A stretch of 64,000 nucleotides of DNA from Hyaloraphidium curvatum SAG 235-1 (Eukaryota; Fungi; Monoblepharomycota). The position numbers and the translations under genes are program-made. The stretch lies in the NCBI GenBank assembly GCA_025558095.1, contig JAIVFI010000004.1, positions 558,001 through 622,000 of the forward strand, read 5' to 3'. The stretch's first letter is position 1. Every line of letters begins with the position of its first letter. Below are positions 11,026 through 22,069 of this stretch, one piece after another. The notes below the pieces were generated by a model that ran no database searches, had not been told where the DNA came from, and was given only the letters and a program-made list of their open reading frames with translations.

Positions 11026-12334
11026 ATGGTCGCCGGACTCATCGCCGGGGCCGCCAAGGCCGTCCTGGGCGGAGGCGGCGGCGGAGGCCCGAGCGCCGCC
11101 CCGACGTCGGTCACCACGGCCACGCACATCCACAACTACGTGTACGACGTCGGCAAGTCGACGGCCGAGGTCCGCGTGGCCAACGAGGGCGCCGTGACCG
11201 GCCAGCAGGACGCCGCCGTCTCCAACCGCCAGGCCGCCGACGTCTCGGGCTCGCAGCACGGCTCCGTCTCGGGCTCGCAGTCGCAGGCCGCTGACTTCTC
11301 GCAGGCGGCCTCGGTCGAGGCGTCGCTCGCCAACACGGCCACCAACACGGCCCACGGCGGCCACGCCACCGCAGACGCGCAGGCCAAGGCGCAGCAGAGC
11401 CAGCACCAGGGCCAGCACCAGGTTCAGCAGCAGAGCCAGCGTCAGGCGCAGGCCCAGCACCAGGCCCCGCCGTCCGAGGGCGGCCGCGCCCCTGCTCGGG
11501 CGGACGGTGTGCTCAGCGCCGCCGACGAGGAAGCCATCGCCGGCCTGTTCCCCGCCGTGCAGGGCGTCGGCGACCGGGTGAGTGCGGCGACTCCTTGGCG
11601 CCTTGCCGGCCACGCTGATGCAGTGCTCCGCGCGACAGCTCACCGCCGTCGAGGGCGAGCTCCGGACCAAGGACGCCGTGGTCGGTGCTGCTGCTGCTAC
11701 CGGCGTGTGCGGGCATGCTGATGTCTTCCCGCGGCAGATCGCCACGCTCAGCGAGACGGTTGCGGCCGTCGAGCGCCGCCTCGCCGAACTTGAGGCGCAG
11801 AAGACGGCCGACGCCGCGCTCCAGGCGGCTCTGGAAGCAGGCGCCGCCCAAGCCGACTCCAGGATCGGCGAGCTCTTCGCCAAGCTCCAGCGGATGGAGG
11901 CTCTTCTCGCTCAGGTGTTTGTGACGGACGGGCCCGGTGAGCAGCGCCCCGACTCCCCTGCGACTGCGACTGATGGAGGCATCCCGCTTCGTGCAGGCCG
12001 CCGCGTCAAAGCCATCCTTGTCGACGTGGTCAAGGCCGCCCGCGTCGAGCTCGGGAACTTCGCCATTCAGCCCTCCCGGGTCAACCCCACCGAGCACCTC
12101 GAGATCACGCAGGTCCGTCCCGCCACTGGCAACCACACCGAGTTCCCCATCGCCCTGTTCGGCGGGCTCCTCGGCGGCATGCCCAGGTTCAGGGTCTACC
12201 TCAAGGGCCGCGTCGCGGGTTCGGCCGACACGCTGACCTTTTACGAGGTCGGCGCCGACGGCGAAACCCGCGTCGTAGTCAAGACCCCCGCCCAGACCCC
12301 GCCCAATCACGAGGTCGGGGGCGTGACCTTCTAG
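11026..12334 (+). CDS. Array gene A copy A2, 376-aa orphan fibre/spike-like protein
   Basis: Introns 11578-11638, 11681-11737, 11937-11996, all GT..CTGAT..CAG. Indels between copies fall inside these introns; strong GC3 codon bias. Confidence 0.9.
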
Positions 12335-14074
12335 ATCTCATCTTTCAAGCAGCAGCAGCAGCCGAGGACGTGAGCGCCGCGGACTTGCGCACGCGTACGA
12401 ACTGAAGCCCCGAGTCCCGCAGGCGCTGCGAGCCAAGGCCGGCGAGACGAGCACCGGTAGCGGGGGCGTGGGCGGGATGGTTGGCCGGCGGAGGATTGGC
12501 CGAACATCCAGGGACTTAAGGACGTTGTTTGGGGGGAACCGGTGGGCGGGGCGTGTCGAAGGATGGCTGGCGCCGCATCCAGGGCTGGGTTTGTTGAGGG
12601 TCGCGAATAAGAGCTCGTCTCGCGAGGTTGAGGCGTTGTTGCGAGTTGCCCGCGGCCGGCGGGGACCGGCGTCACCCACCGGATCGACTCTCCGGCCTCC
12701 CACTGCTGCCCGGGGCGCTCGTCCGTATTTTTCCGGGCGCCCCGCACCGCGCCCATGGGGCTGCCGGGCACGCCGGGCCGAATGCCGCGTCCAGCGTCGG
12801 CGGCGGGCGGACCGGGCGCGGACTGTTTGCGCGGTGTTCCTCTCGGCCTGTGCGCCCGCAGGGACGCTGCGGTCACGCTGGAAGGCCAATTCTGCGGCCC
12901 GTTTGGCTCGGAGCGTGGACGGGCGGGGGAGACCACGGGCGCCTGCGGATGGTTCCCCTTCTCGGCCGGCGCGGATTGGAAACTGCAACTGAGGACCGGG
13001 CATCCCCCTGCCGGCGCTGCGGGGACCCGCTGCTCGAAAGCAGCCTCCCGTGGTCCTCCGTGCGCCGCGCTCCCTTGCTCGGCGGGTCTTCTGTTTCCGT
13101 GTTCTCTTGCTTCGAAGGCCGAACTCCTCGACAGGCAGAGCTAGGACGAGCTGACCCGCACTCATCCTATCGGACTCAAGGTGGACACGGACTCGCGCTG
13201 GAGCACGCCTGGGCTTTCTTGATGGTGCTGCGGGACAGCAGGAGATGATGTTCTCGTGGTTTTCGCGGCCAGCAAGGATCCCGGCCTGGCTTCGTCGAGC
13301 GCGACCTGGTCCCACCCCTCAACCAGCGCTCCTTCGGCTCGTTGCCGCCGCCCACATTGTTCTGCACTGCGGACGGAGTATTTCATGTGCCGTACTTCGA
13401 AGGAACGCTATCCTGTGCTGAGTTGGCCGGCTTGCTTGAACTGGCGAGCCGCCGTACCTTCTGGATCACATGCCCGTCCCCTTGTCGGTGCCGCAACGGG
13501 ATGGGGACGTACGAGAGTGTTATTGCCCTCGGGCATCGACTCGGACTTGGTTTGCTCGCTTTCCTTGGCGTTGGACGACTCGCACCGTTTCAAGGATTGA
13601 CCTTCGCGTCCCGGCTCACCCCCGAATCGCTCCGGAGCCCCAGCGGATCCCTGTTCTGCTGCTCCGGAACGTATTCGTCGGTGTTTCGATGGCAGTTTGT
13701 TATGCCGGTGCCGGCGGCCGCGTCGGAAACGCGGGTGTGCCGCGTGCGCGACGAACCATTTTGCAGTTCCCGACGGACCGATGCACGATCTAGCCCTAGG
13801 GATGCCGGCCAGCACCGTGAACGGATGACGATGGCGGATGCGGCCTCAGCCTTGCCCTCGTGCGGGGTGTGCAGAAGCTCGATGGGCGGAACCGGTGGCG
13901 GGGTCGGGTCCCGGCCCAGGTTCGGCCCCGGCCGGCCGTGCAGCGAATCCGCCGCCGACGACGCGCCGGCCGGCCGGCCGCAGCCTTTGGCGCCTCTGTG
14001 GACGGGGATCGAGAGAGATTCGGCGTGATGCGAGGGGATGTTGGGCCGATCATGTCTCCCCGCCACACAAACAC

Positions 14075-14088
14075 ACGCGTTTTCCCGC
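14075..14088 (+). promoter_or_regulatory. Adjacent MCB-like (ACGCGT) and E2F-like (TTTCCCGC) motifs ~190 bp upstream of the ATG, present in each intact unit
   Basis: Sequence acACGCGTTTTCCCGCcg; matches to known consensus only, and could be chance in GC-rich DNA. Confidence 0.3.
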
Positions 14089-14201
14089 CGGGCCCGGACA
14101 TGCGGGGGCCGAGCGGCGCAAGCCGCTCTTGCGTCTGCCACCACATTCGAACCGAACCGCCGGACGCGCCCCGTCCGCCCGCCCGACGCCGCACCGCCGA
14201 G

Positions 14202-14250
14202 GTGAAGTGCAACGCGGCTCGCGTCGCGCCCGCTGACCGCCCCGCCGCAG
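14202..14250 (+). other. 5'-UTR intron of array genes (present in every unit; analogous intron ~3477-3531 before A1)
   Basis: gag|GTGAAG...GCTGAC...CCGCAG|, 20 nt before the ATG. A1 has gag|GTCGGT..CTGAC..CCCAG|gaacccagctATG. Confidence 0.65.
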
Positions 14251-14270
14251 CCCCGCACGCACCGCACGCC

Positions 14271-15579
14271 ATGGTCGCCGGACTCATCGCCGGGGCCGCC
14301 AAGGCCGTCCTGGGCGGAGGCGGCGGCGGAGGCCCGAGCGCCGCCCCGACGTCGGTCACCACGGCCACGCACATCCACAACTACGTGTACGACGTCGGCA
14401 AGTCGACGGCCGAGGTCCGCGTGGCCAACGAGGGCGCCGTGACCGGCCAGCAGGACGCCGCCGTCTCCAACCGCCAGGCCGCCGACGTCTCGGGCTCGCA
14501 GCACGGCTCCGTCTCGGGCTCGCAGTCGCAGGCCGCTGACTTCTCGCAGGCGGCCTCGGTCGAGGCGTCGCTCGCCAACACGGCCACCAACACGGCCCAC
14601 GGCGGCCACGCCACCGCAGACGCGCAGGCCAAGGCGCAGCAGAGCCAGCACCAGGGCCAGCACCAGGTTCAGCAGCAGAGCCAGCGTCAGGCGCAGGCCC
14701 AGCACCAGGCCCCGCCGTCCGAGGGCGGCCGCGCCCCTGCTCGGGCGGACGGTGTGCTCAGCGCCGCCGACGAGGAAGCCATCGCCGGCCTGTTCCCCGC
14801 CGTGCAGGGCGTCGGCGACCGGGTGAGTGCGGCGACTCCTTGGCGCCTTGCCGGCCACGCTGATGCAGTGCTCCGCGCGACAGGTCACCGCCGTCGAGGG
14901 CGAGCTCCGGACCAAGGACGCCGTGGTCGGTGCTGCTGCTGCTACCGGCGTGTGCGGGCATGCTGATGTCTTCCCGCGGCAGATCGCCACGCTCAGCGAG
15001 ACGGTTGCGGCCGTCGAGCGCCGCCTCGCCGAACTTGAGGCGCAGAAGACGGCCGACGCCGCGCTCCAGGCGGCTCTGGAAGCAGGCGCCGCCCAAGCCG
15101 ACTCCAGGATCGGCGAGCTCTTCGCCAAGCTCCAGCGGATGGAGGCTCTTCTCGCTCAGGTGTTTGTGACGGATGGGCCCGGTGAGCAGCGCCCCGACTC
15201 CCCTGCGACTGCGACTGATGGAGGCATCCCGCTTCGTGCAGGCCGCCGCGTCAAAGCCATCCTTGTCGACGTGGTCAAGGCCGCCCGCGTCGAGCTCGGG
15301 AACTTCGCCATTCAGCCCTCCCGGGTCAACCCCACCGAGCACCTCGAGATCACGCAGGTCCGTCCCGCCACTGGCAACCACACCGAGTTCCCCATCGCCC
15401 TGTTCGGCGGGCTCCTCGGCGGCATGCCCAGGTTCAGGGTCTACCTCAAGGGCCGCGTCGCGGGTTCGGCCGACACGCTGACCTTTTACGAGGTTGGCGC
15501 CGACGGCGAAACCCGCGTCGTAGTCAAGACCCCCGCCCAGACCCCGCCCAATCACGAGGTCGGGGGCGTGACCTTCTAG
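14271..15579 (+). CDS. Array gene A copy A3
   Basis: Near-identical to A2 with the same four exons. Confidence 0.9.
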
Positions 15580-17515
15580 ATCTCATCTTTCAAGCAGCAG
15601 CAGCAGCCGAGGACGTGAGCGCCGCGGACTTGCGCACGCATACGAACTGAAGCCCCGAGTCCCGCAGGCGCTGCGAGCCAAGGCCGGCGAGACGAGCACC
15701 GGTAGCGGGGGCGTGGGCGGGATGGTTGGCCGGCGGAGGATTGGCCGAACATCCAGGGACTTAAGGACGTTGTTTGGGGGGAACCGGTGGGCGGGGCGTG
15801 TCGAAGGATGGCTGGCGCCGCATCCAGGGCTGGGTTTGTTGAGGGTCGCGAATAAGAGCTCGTCTCGCGAGGTTGAGGCGTTGTTGCGAGTTGCCCGCGG
15901 CCGGCGGGGACCGGCGTCACCCACCGGATCGACTCTCCGGCCTCCCACTGCTGCCCGGGGCGCTCGTCCGTATTTTTCCGGGCGCCCCGCACCGCGCCCA
16001 TGGGGCTGCCGGGCACGCCGGGCCGAATGCCGCGTCCAGCGTCGGCGGCGGGCGGACCGGGCGCGGACTGTTTGCGCGGTGTTCCTCTCGGCCTGTGCGC
16101 CCGCAGGGACGCTGCGGTCACGCTGGAAGGCCAATTCTGCGGCCCGTTTGGCTCGGAGCGTGGACGGGCGGGGGAGACCACGGGCGCCTGCGGATGGTTC
16201 CCCTTCTCGGCCGGCGCGGATTGGAAACTGCAACTGAGGACCGGGCATCCCCCTGCCGGCGCTGCGGGGACCCGCTGCTCGAAAGCAGCCTCCCGTGGTC
16301 CTCCGTGCGCCGCGCTCCCTTGCTCGGCGGGTCTTCTGTTTCCGTGTTCTCTTGCTTCGAAGGCCGAACTCCTCGACAGGCAGAGCTAGGACGAGCTGAC
16401 CCGCACTCATCCTATCGGACTCAAGGTGGACACGGACTCGCGCTGGAGCACGCCTGGGCTTTCTTGATGGTGCTGCGGGACAGCAGGAGATGATGTTCTC
16501 GTGGTTTTCGCGGCCAGCAAGGATCCCGGCCTGGCTTCGTCGAGCGCGACCTGGTCCCACCCCTCAACCAGCGCTCCTTCGGCTCGTTGCCGCCGCCCAC
16601 ATTGTTCTGCACTGCGGACGGAGTATTTCATGTGCCGTACTTCGAAGGAACGCTATCCTGTGCTGAGTTGGCCGGCTTGCTTGAACTGGCGAGCCGCCGT
16701 ACCTTCTGGATCACATGCCCGTCCCCTTGTCGGTGCCGCAACGGGATGGGGACGTACGAGAGTGTTATTGCCCTCGGGCATCGACTCGGACTTGGTTTGC
16801 TCGCTTTCCTTGGCGTTGGACGACTCGCGCCGTTTCAAGGATTGACCTTCGCGTCCCGGCTCACCCCCGAATCGCTCCGGAGCCCCAGCGGATCCCTGTT
16901 CTGCTGCTCCGGAACGTATTCGTCGGTGTTTCGATGGCAGTTTGTTATGCCGGTGCCGGCGGCCGCGTCGGAAACGCGGGTGTGCCGCGTGCGCGACGAA
17001 CCATTTTGCAGTTCCCGACGGACCGATGCACGATCTAGCCCTAGGGATGCCGGCCAGCACCGTGAACGGATGACGATGGCGGATGCGGCCTCAGCCTTGC
17101 CCTCGTGCGGGGTGTGCAGAAGCTCGATGGGCGGAACCGGTGGCGGGGTCGGGTCCCGGCCCAGGTTCGGCCCCGGCCGGCCGTGCAGCGAATCCGCCGC
17201 CGACGACGCGCCGGCCGGCCGGCCGCAGCCTTTGGCGCCTCTGTGGACGGGGATCGAGAGAGATTCGGCGTGATGCGAGGGGATGTTGGGCCGATCATGT
17301 CTCCCCGCCACACAAACACACGCGTTTTCCCGCCGGGCCCGGACATGCGGGGGCCGAGCGGCGCAAGCCGCTCTTGCGTCTGCCACCACATTCGAACCGA
17401 ACCGCCGGACGCGCCCCGTCCGCCCGCCCGACGCCGCACCGCCGAGGTGAAGTGCAACGCGGCTCGCGTCGCGCCCGCTGACCGCCCCGCCGCAGCCCCG
17501 CACGCACCGCACGCC

Positions 17516-18824
17516 ATGGTCGCCGGACTCATCGCCGGGGCCGCCAAGGCCGTCCTGGGCGGAGGCGGCGGCGGAGGCCCGAGCGCCGCCCCGACGTCGG
17601 TCACCACGGCCACGCACATCCACAACTACGTGTACGACGTCGGCAAGTCGACGGCCGAGGTCCGCGTGGCCAACGAGGGCGCCGTGACCGGCCAGCAGGA
17701 CGCCGCCGTCTCCAACCGCCAGGCCGCCGACGTCTCGGGCTCGCAGCACGGCTCCGTCTCGGGCTCGCAGTCGCAGGCCGCTGACTTCTCGCAGGCGGCC
17801 TCGGTCGAGGCGTCGCTCGCCAACACGGCCACCAACACGGCCCACGGCGGCCACGCCACCGCAGACGCGCAGGCCAAGGCGCAGCAGAGCCAGCACCAGG
17901 GCCAGCACCAGGTTCAGCAGCAGAGCCAGCGTCAGGCGCAGGCCCAGCACCAGGCCCCGCCGTCCGAGGGCGGCCGCGCCCCTGCTCGGGCGGACGGTGT
18001 GCTCAGCGCCGCCGACGAGGAAGCCATCGCCGGCCTGTTCCCCGCCGTGCAGGGCGTCGGCGACCGGGTGAGTGCGGCGACTCCTTGGCGCCTTGCCGGC
18101 CACGCTGATGCAGTGCTCCGCGCGACAGGTCACCGCCGTCGAGGGCGAGCTCCGGACCAAGGACGCCGTGGTCGGTGCTGCTGCTGCTACCGGCGTGTGC
18201 GGGCATGCTGATGTCTTCCCGCGGCAGATCGCCACGCTCAGCGAGACGGTTGCGGCCGTCGAGCGCCGCCTCGCCGAACTTGAGGCGCAGAAGACGGCCG
18301 ACGCCGCGCTCCAGGCGGCTCTGGAAGCAGGCGCCGCCCAAGCCGACTCCAGGATCGGCGAGCTCTTCGCCAAGCTCCAGCGGATGGAGGCTCTTCTCGC
18401 TCAGGTGTTTGTGACGGATGGGCCCGGTGAGCAGCGCCCCGACTCCCCTGCGACTGCGACTGATGGAGGCATCCCGCTTCGTGCAGGCCGCCGCGTCAAA
18501 GCCATCCTTGTCGACGTGGTCAAGGCCGCCCGCGTCGAGCTCGGGAACTTCGCCATTCAGCCCTCCCGGGTCAACCCCACCGAGCACCTCGAGATCACGC
18601 AGGTCCGTCCCGCCACTGGCAACCACACCGAGTTCCCCATCGCCCTGTTCGGCGGGCTCCTCGGCGGCATGCCCAGGTTCAGGGTCTACCTCAAGGGCCG
18701 CGTCGCGGGTTCGGCCGACACGCTGACCTTTTACGAGGTTGGCGCCGACGGCGAAACCCGCGTCGTAGTCAAGACCCCCGCCCAGACCCCGCCCAATCAC
18801 GAGGTCGGGGGCGTGACCTTCTAG
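17516..18824 (+). CDS. Array gene A copy A4
   Basis: Near-identical to A3. Confidence 0.9.
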
Positions 18825-20760
18825 ATCTCATCTTTCAAGCAGCAGCAGCAGCCGAGGACGTGAGCGCCGCGGACTTGCGCACGCATACGAACTGAAGCCC
18901 CGAGTCCCGCAGGCGCTGCGAGCCAAGGCCGGCGAGACGAGCACCGGTAGCGGGGGCGTGGGCGGGATGGTTGGCCGGCGGAGGATTGGCCGAACATCCA
19001 GGGACTTAAGGACGTTGTTTGGGGGGAACCGGTGGGCGGGGCGTGTCGAAGGATGGCTGGCGCCGCATCCAGGGCTGGGTTTGTTGAGGGTCGCGAATAA
19101 GAGCTCGTCTCGCGAGGTTGAGGCGTTGTTGCGAGTTGCCCGCGGCCGGCGGGGACCGGCGTCACCCACCGGATCGACTCTCCGGCCTCTCACTGCTGCC
19201 CGGGGCGCTCGTCCGTATTTTTCCCGGCGCCCCGCACCGCGCCCATGGGGCTGCCGGGCACGCCGGGCCGAATGCCGCGTCCAGCGTCGGCGGCGGGCGG
19301 ACCGGGCGCGGACTGTTTGCGCGGTGTTCCTCTCGGCCTGTGCGCCCGCAGGGACGCTGCGGTCACGCTGGAAGGCCAATTCTGCGGCCCGTTTGGCTCG
19401 GAGCGTGGACGGGCGGGGGAGACCACGGGCGCCTGCGGATGGTTCCCCTTCTCGGCCGGCGCGGATTGGAAACTGCAACTGAGGACCGGGCATCCCCCTG
19501 CCGGCGCTGCGGGGACCCGCTGCTCGAAAGCAGCCTCCCGTGGTCCTCCGTGCGCCGCGCTCCCTTGCTCGGCGGGTCTTCTGTTTCCGTGTTCTCTTGC
19601 TTCGAAGGCCGAACTCCTCGACAGGCAGAGCTAGGACGAGCTGACCCGCACTCATCCTATCGGACTCAAGGTGGACACGGACTCGCGCTGGAGCACGCCT
19701 GGGCTTTCTTGATGGTGCTGCGGGACAGCAGGAGATGATGTTCTCGTGGTTTTCGCGGCCAGCAAGGATCCCGGCCTGGCTTCGTCGAGCGCGACCTGGT
19801 CCCACCCCTCAACCAGCGCTCCTTCGGCTCGTTGCCGCCGCCCACATTGTTCTGCACTGCGGACGGAGTATTTCATGTGCCGTACTTCGAAGGAACGCTA
19901 TCCTGTGCTGAGTTGGCCGGCTTGCTTGAACTGGCGAGCCGCCGTACCTTCTGGATCACATGCCCGTCCCCTTGTCGGTGCCGCAACGGGATGGGGACGT
20001 ACGAGAGTGTTATTGCCCTCGGGCATCGACTCGGACTTGGTTTGCTCGCTTTCCTTGGCGTTGGACGACTCGCGCCGTTTCAAGGATTGACCTTCGCGTC
20101 CCGGCTCACCCCCGAATCGCTCCGGAGCCCCAGCGGATCCCTGTTCTGCTGCTCCGGAACGTATTCGTCGGTGTTTCGATGGCAGTTTGTTATGCCGGTG
20201 CCGGCGGCCGCGTCGGAAACGCGGGTGTGCCGCGTGCGCGACGAACCATTTTGCAGTTCCCGACGGACCGATGCACGATCTAGCCCTAGGGATGCCGGCC
20301 AGCACCGTGAACGGATGACGATGGCGGATGCGGCCTCAGCCTTGCCCTCGTGCGGGGTGTGCAGAAGCTCGATGGGCGGAACCGGTGGCGGGGTCGGGTC
20401 CCGGCCCAGGTTCGGCCCCGGCCGGCCGTGCAGCGAATCCGCCGCCGACGACGCGCCGGCCGGCCGGCCGCAGCCTTTGGCGCCTCTGTGGACGGGGATC
20501 GAGAGAGATTCGGCGTGATGCGAGGGGATGTTGGGCCGATCATGTCTCCCCGCCACACAAACACACGCGTTTTCCCGCCGGGCCCGGACATGCGGGGGCC
20601 GAGCGGCGCAAGCCGCTCTTGCGTCTGCCACCACATTCGAACCGAACCGCCGGACGCGCCCCGTCCGCCCGCCCGACGCCGCACCGCCGAGGTGAAGTGC
20701 AACGCGGCTCGCGTCGCGCCCGCTGACCGCCCCGCCGCAGCCCCGCACGCACCGCACGCC

Positions 20761-22069
20761 ATGGTCGCCGGACTCATCGCCGGGGCCGCCAAGGCCGTCC
20801 TGGGCGGAGGCGGCGGCGGAGGCCCGAGCGCCGCCCCGACGTCGGTCACCACGGCCACGCACATCCACAACTACGTGTACGACGTCGGCAAGTCGACGGC
20901 CGAGGTCCGCGTGGCCAACGAGGGCGCCGTGACCGGCCAGCAGGACGCCGCCGTCTCCAACCGCCAGGCCGCCGACGTCTCGGGCTCGCAGCACGGCTCC
21001 GTCTCGGGCTCGCAGTCGCAGGCCGCTGACTTCTCGCAGGCGGCCTCGGTCGAGGCGTCGCTCGCCAACACGGCCACCAACACGGCCCACGGCGGCCACG
21101 CCACCGCAGACGCGCAGGCCAAGGCGCAGCAGAGCCAGCACCAGGGCCAGCACCAGGTTCAGCAGCAGAGCCAGCGTCAGGCGCAGGCCCAGCACCAGGC
21201 CCCGCCGTCCGAGGGCGGCCGCGCCCCTGCTCGGGCGGACGGTGTGCTCAGCGCCGCCGACGAGGAAGCCATCGCCGGCCTGTTCCCCGCCGTGCAGGGC
21301 GTCGGCGACCGGGTGAGTGCGGCGACTCCTTGGCGCCTTGCCGGCCACGCTGATGCAGTGCTCCGCGCGACAGGTCACCGCCGTCGAGGGCGAGCTCCGG
21401 ACCAAGGACGCCGTGGTCGGTGCTGCTGCTGCTACCGGCGTGTGCGGGCATGCTGATGTCTTCCCGCGGCAGATCGCCACGCTCAGCGAGACGGTTGCGG
21501 CCGTCGAGCGCCGCCTCGCCGAACTTGAGGCGCAGAAGACGGCCGACGCCGCGCTCCAGGCGGCTCTGGAAGCAGGCGCCGCCCAAGCCGACTCCAGGAT
21601 CGGCGAGCTCTTCGCCAAGCTCCAGCGGATGGAGGCTCTTCTCGCTCAGGTGTTTGTGACGGATGGGCCCGGTGAGCAGCGCCCCGACTCCCCTGCGACT
21701 GCGACTGATGGAGGCATCCCGCTTCGTGCAGGCCGCCGCGTCAAAGCCATCCTTGTCGACGTGGTCAAGGCCGCCCGCGTCGAGCTCGGGAACTTCGCCA
21801 TTCAGCCCTCCCGGGTCAACCCCACCGAGCACCTCGAGATCACGCAGGTCCGTCCCGCCACTGGCAACCACACCGAGTTCCCCATCGCCCTGTTCGGCGG
21901 GCTCCTCGGCGGCATGCCCAGGTTCAGGGTCTACCTCAAGGGCCGCGTCGCGGGTTCGGCCGACACGCTGACCTTTTACGAGGTTGGCGCCGACGGCGAA
22001 ACCCGCGTCGTAGTCAAGACCCCCGCCCAGACCCCGCCCAATCACGAGGTCGGGGGCGTGACCTTCTAG
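20761..22069 (+). CDS. Array gene A copy A5
   Basis: Near-identical to A3/A4. Confidence 0.9.

Noticed and set aside
12310-12334. C-terminal ...GGVTF as a bacterial outer-membrane beta-signal (trimeric autotransporter)
   Set aside because: The gene is spliced and eukaryotic, lacks a Sec signal, and a Pro-rich stretch precedes the motif instead of amphipathic barrel strands.
12348-12362. (CAG)4-5 run after each array stop codon
   Set aside because: Short microsatellite with trivial slippage; no evidence of function.
12985-13045. Possible hammerhead ribozyme (CTGAGGA...GAAA) suggesting a retrozyme-like repeat
   Set aside because: Stem II cannot close (C opposite C), and GAAA sits in its own gctgct/agcagc hairpin; no stem I/III found.
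12335-14270. Many 100-500 aa ORFs on both strands of the repeated spacer
   Set aside because: Arg/Pro/Gly/Ala-rich with no motifs or codon bias and overlapping in all frames. Their recurrence only reflects DNA repetition; expected in high-GC DNA.
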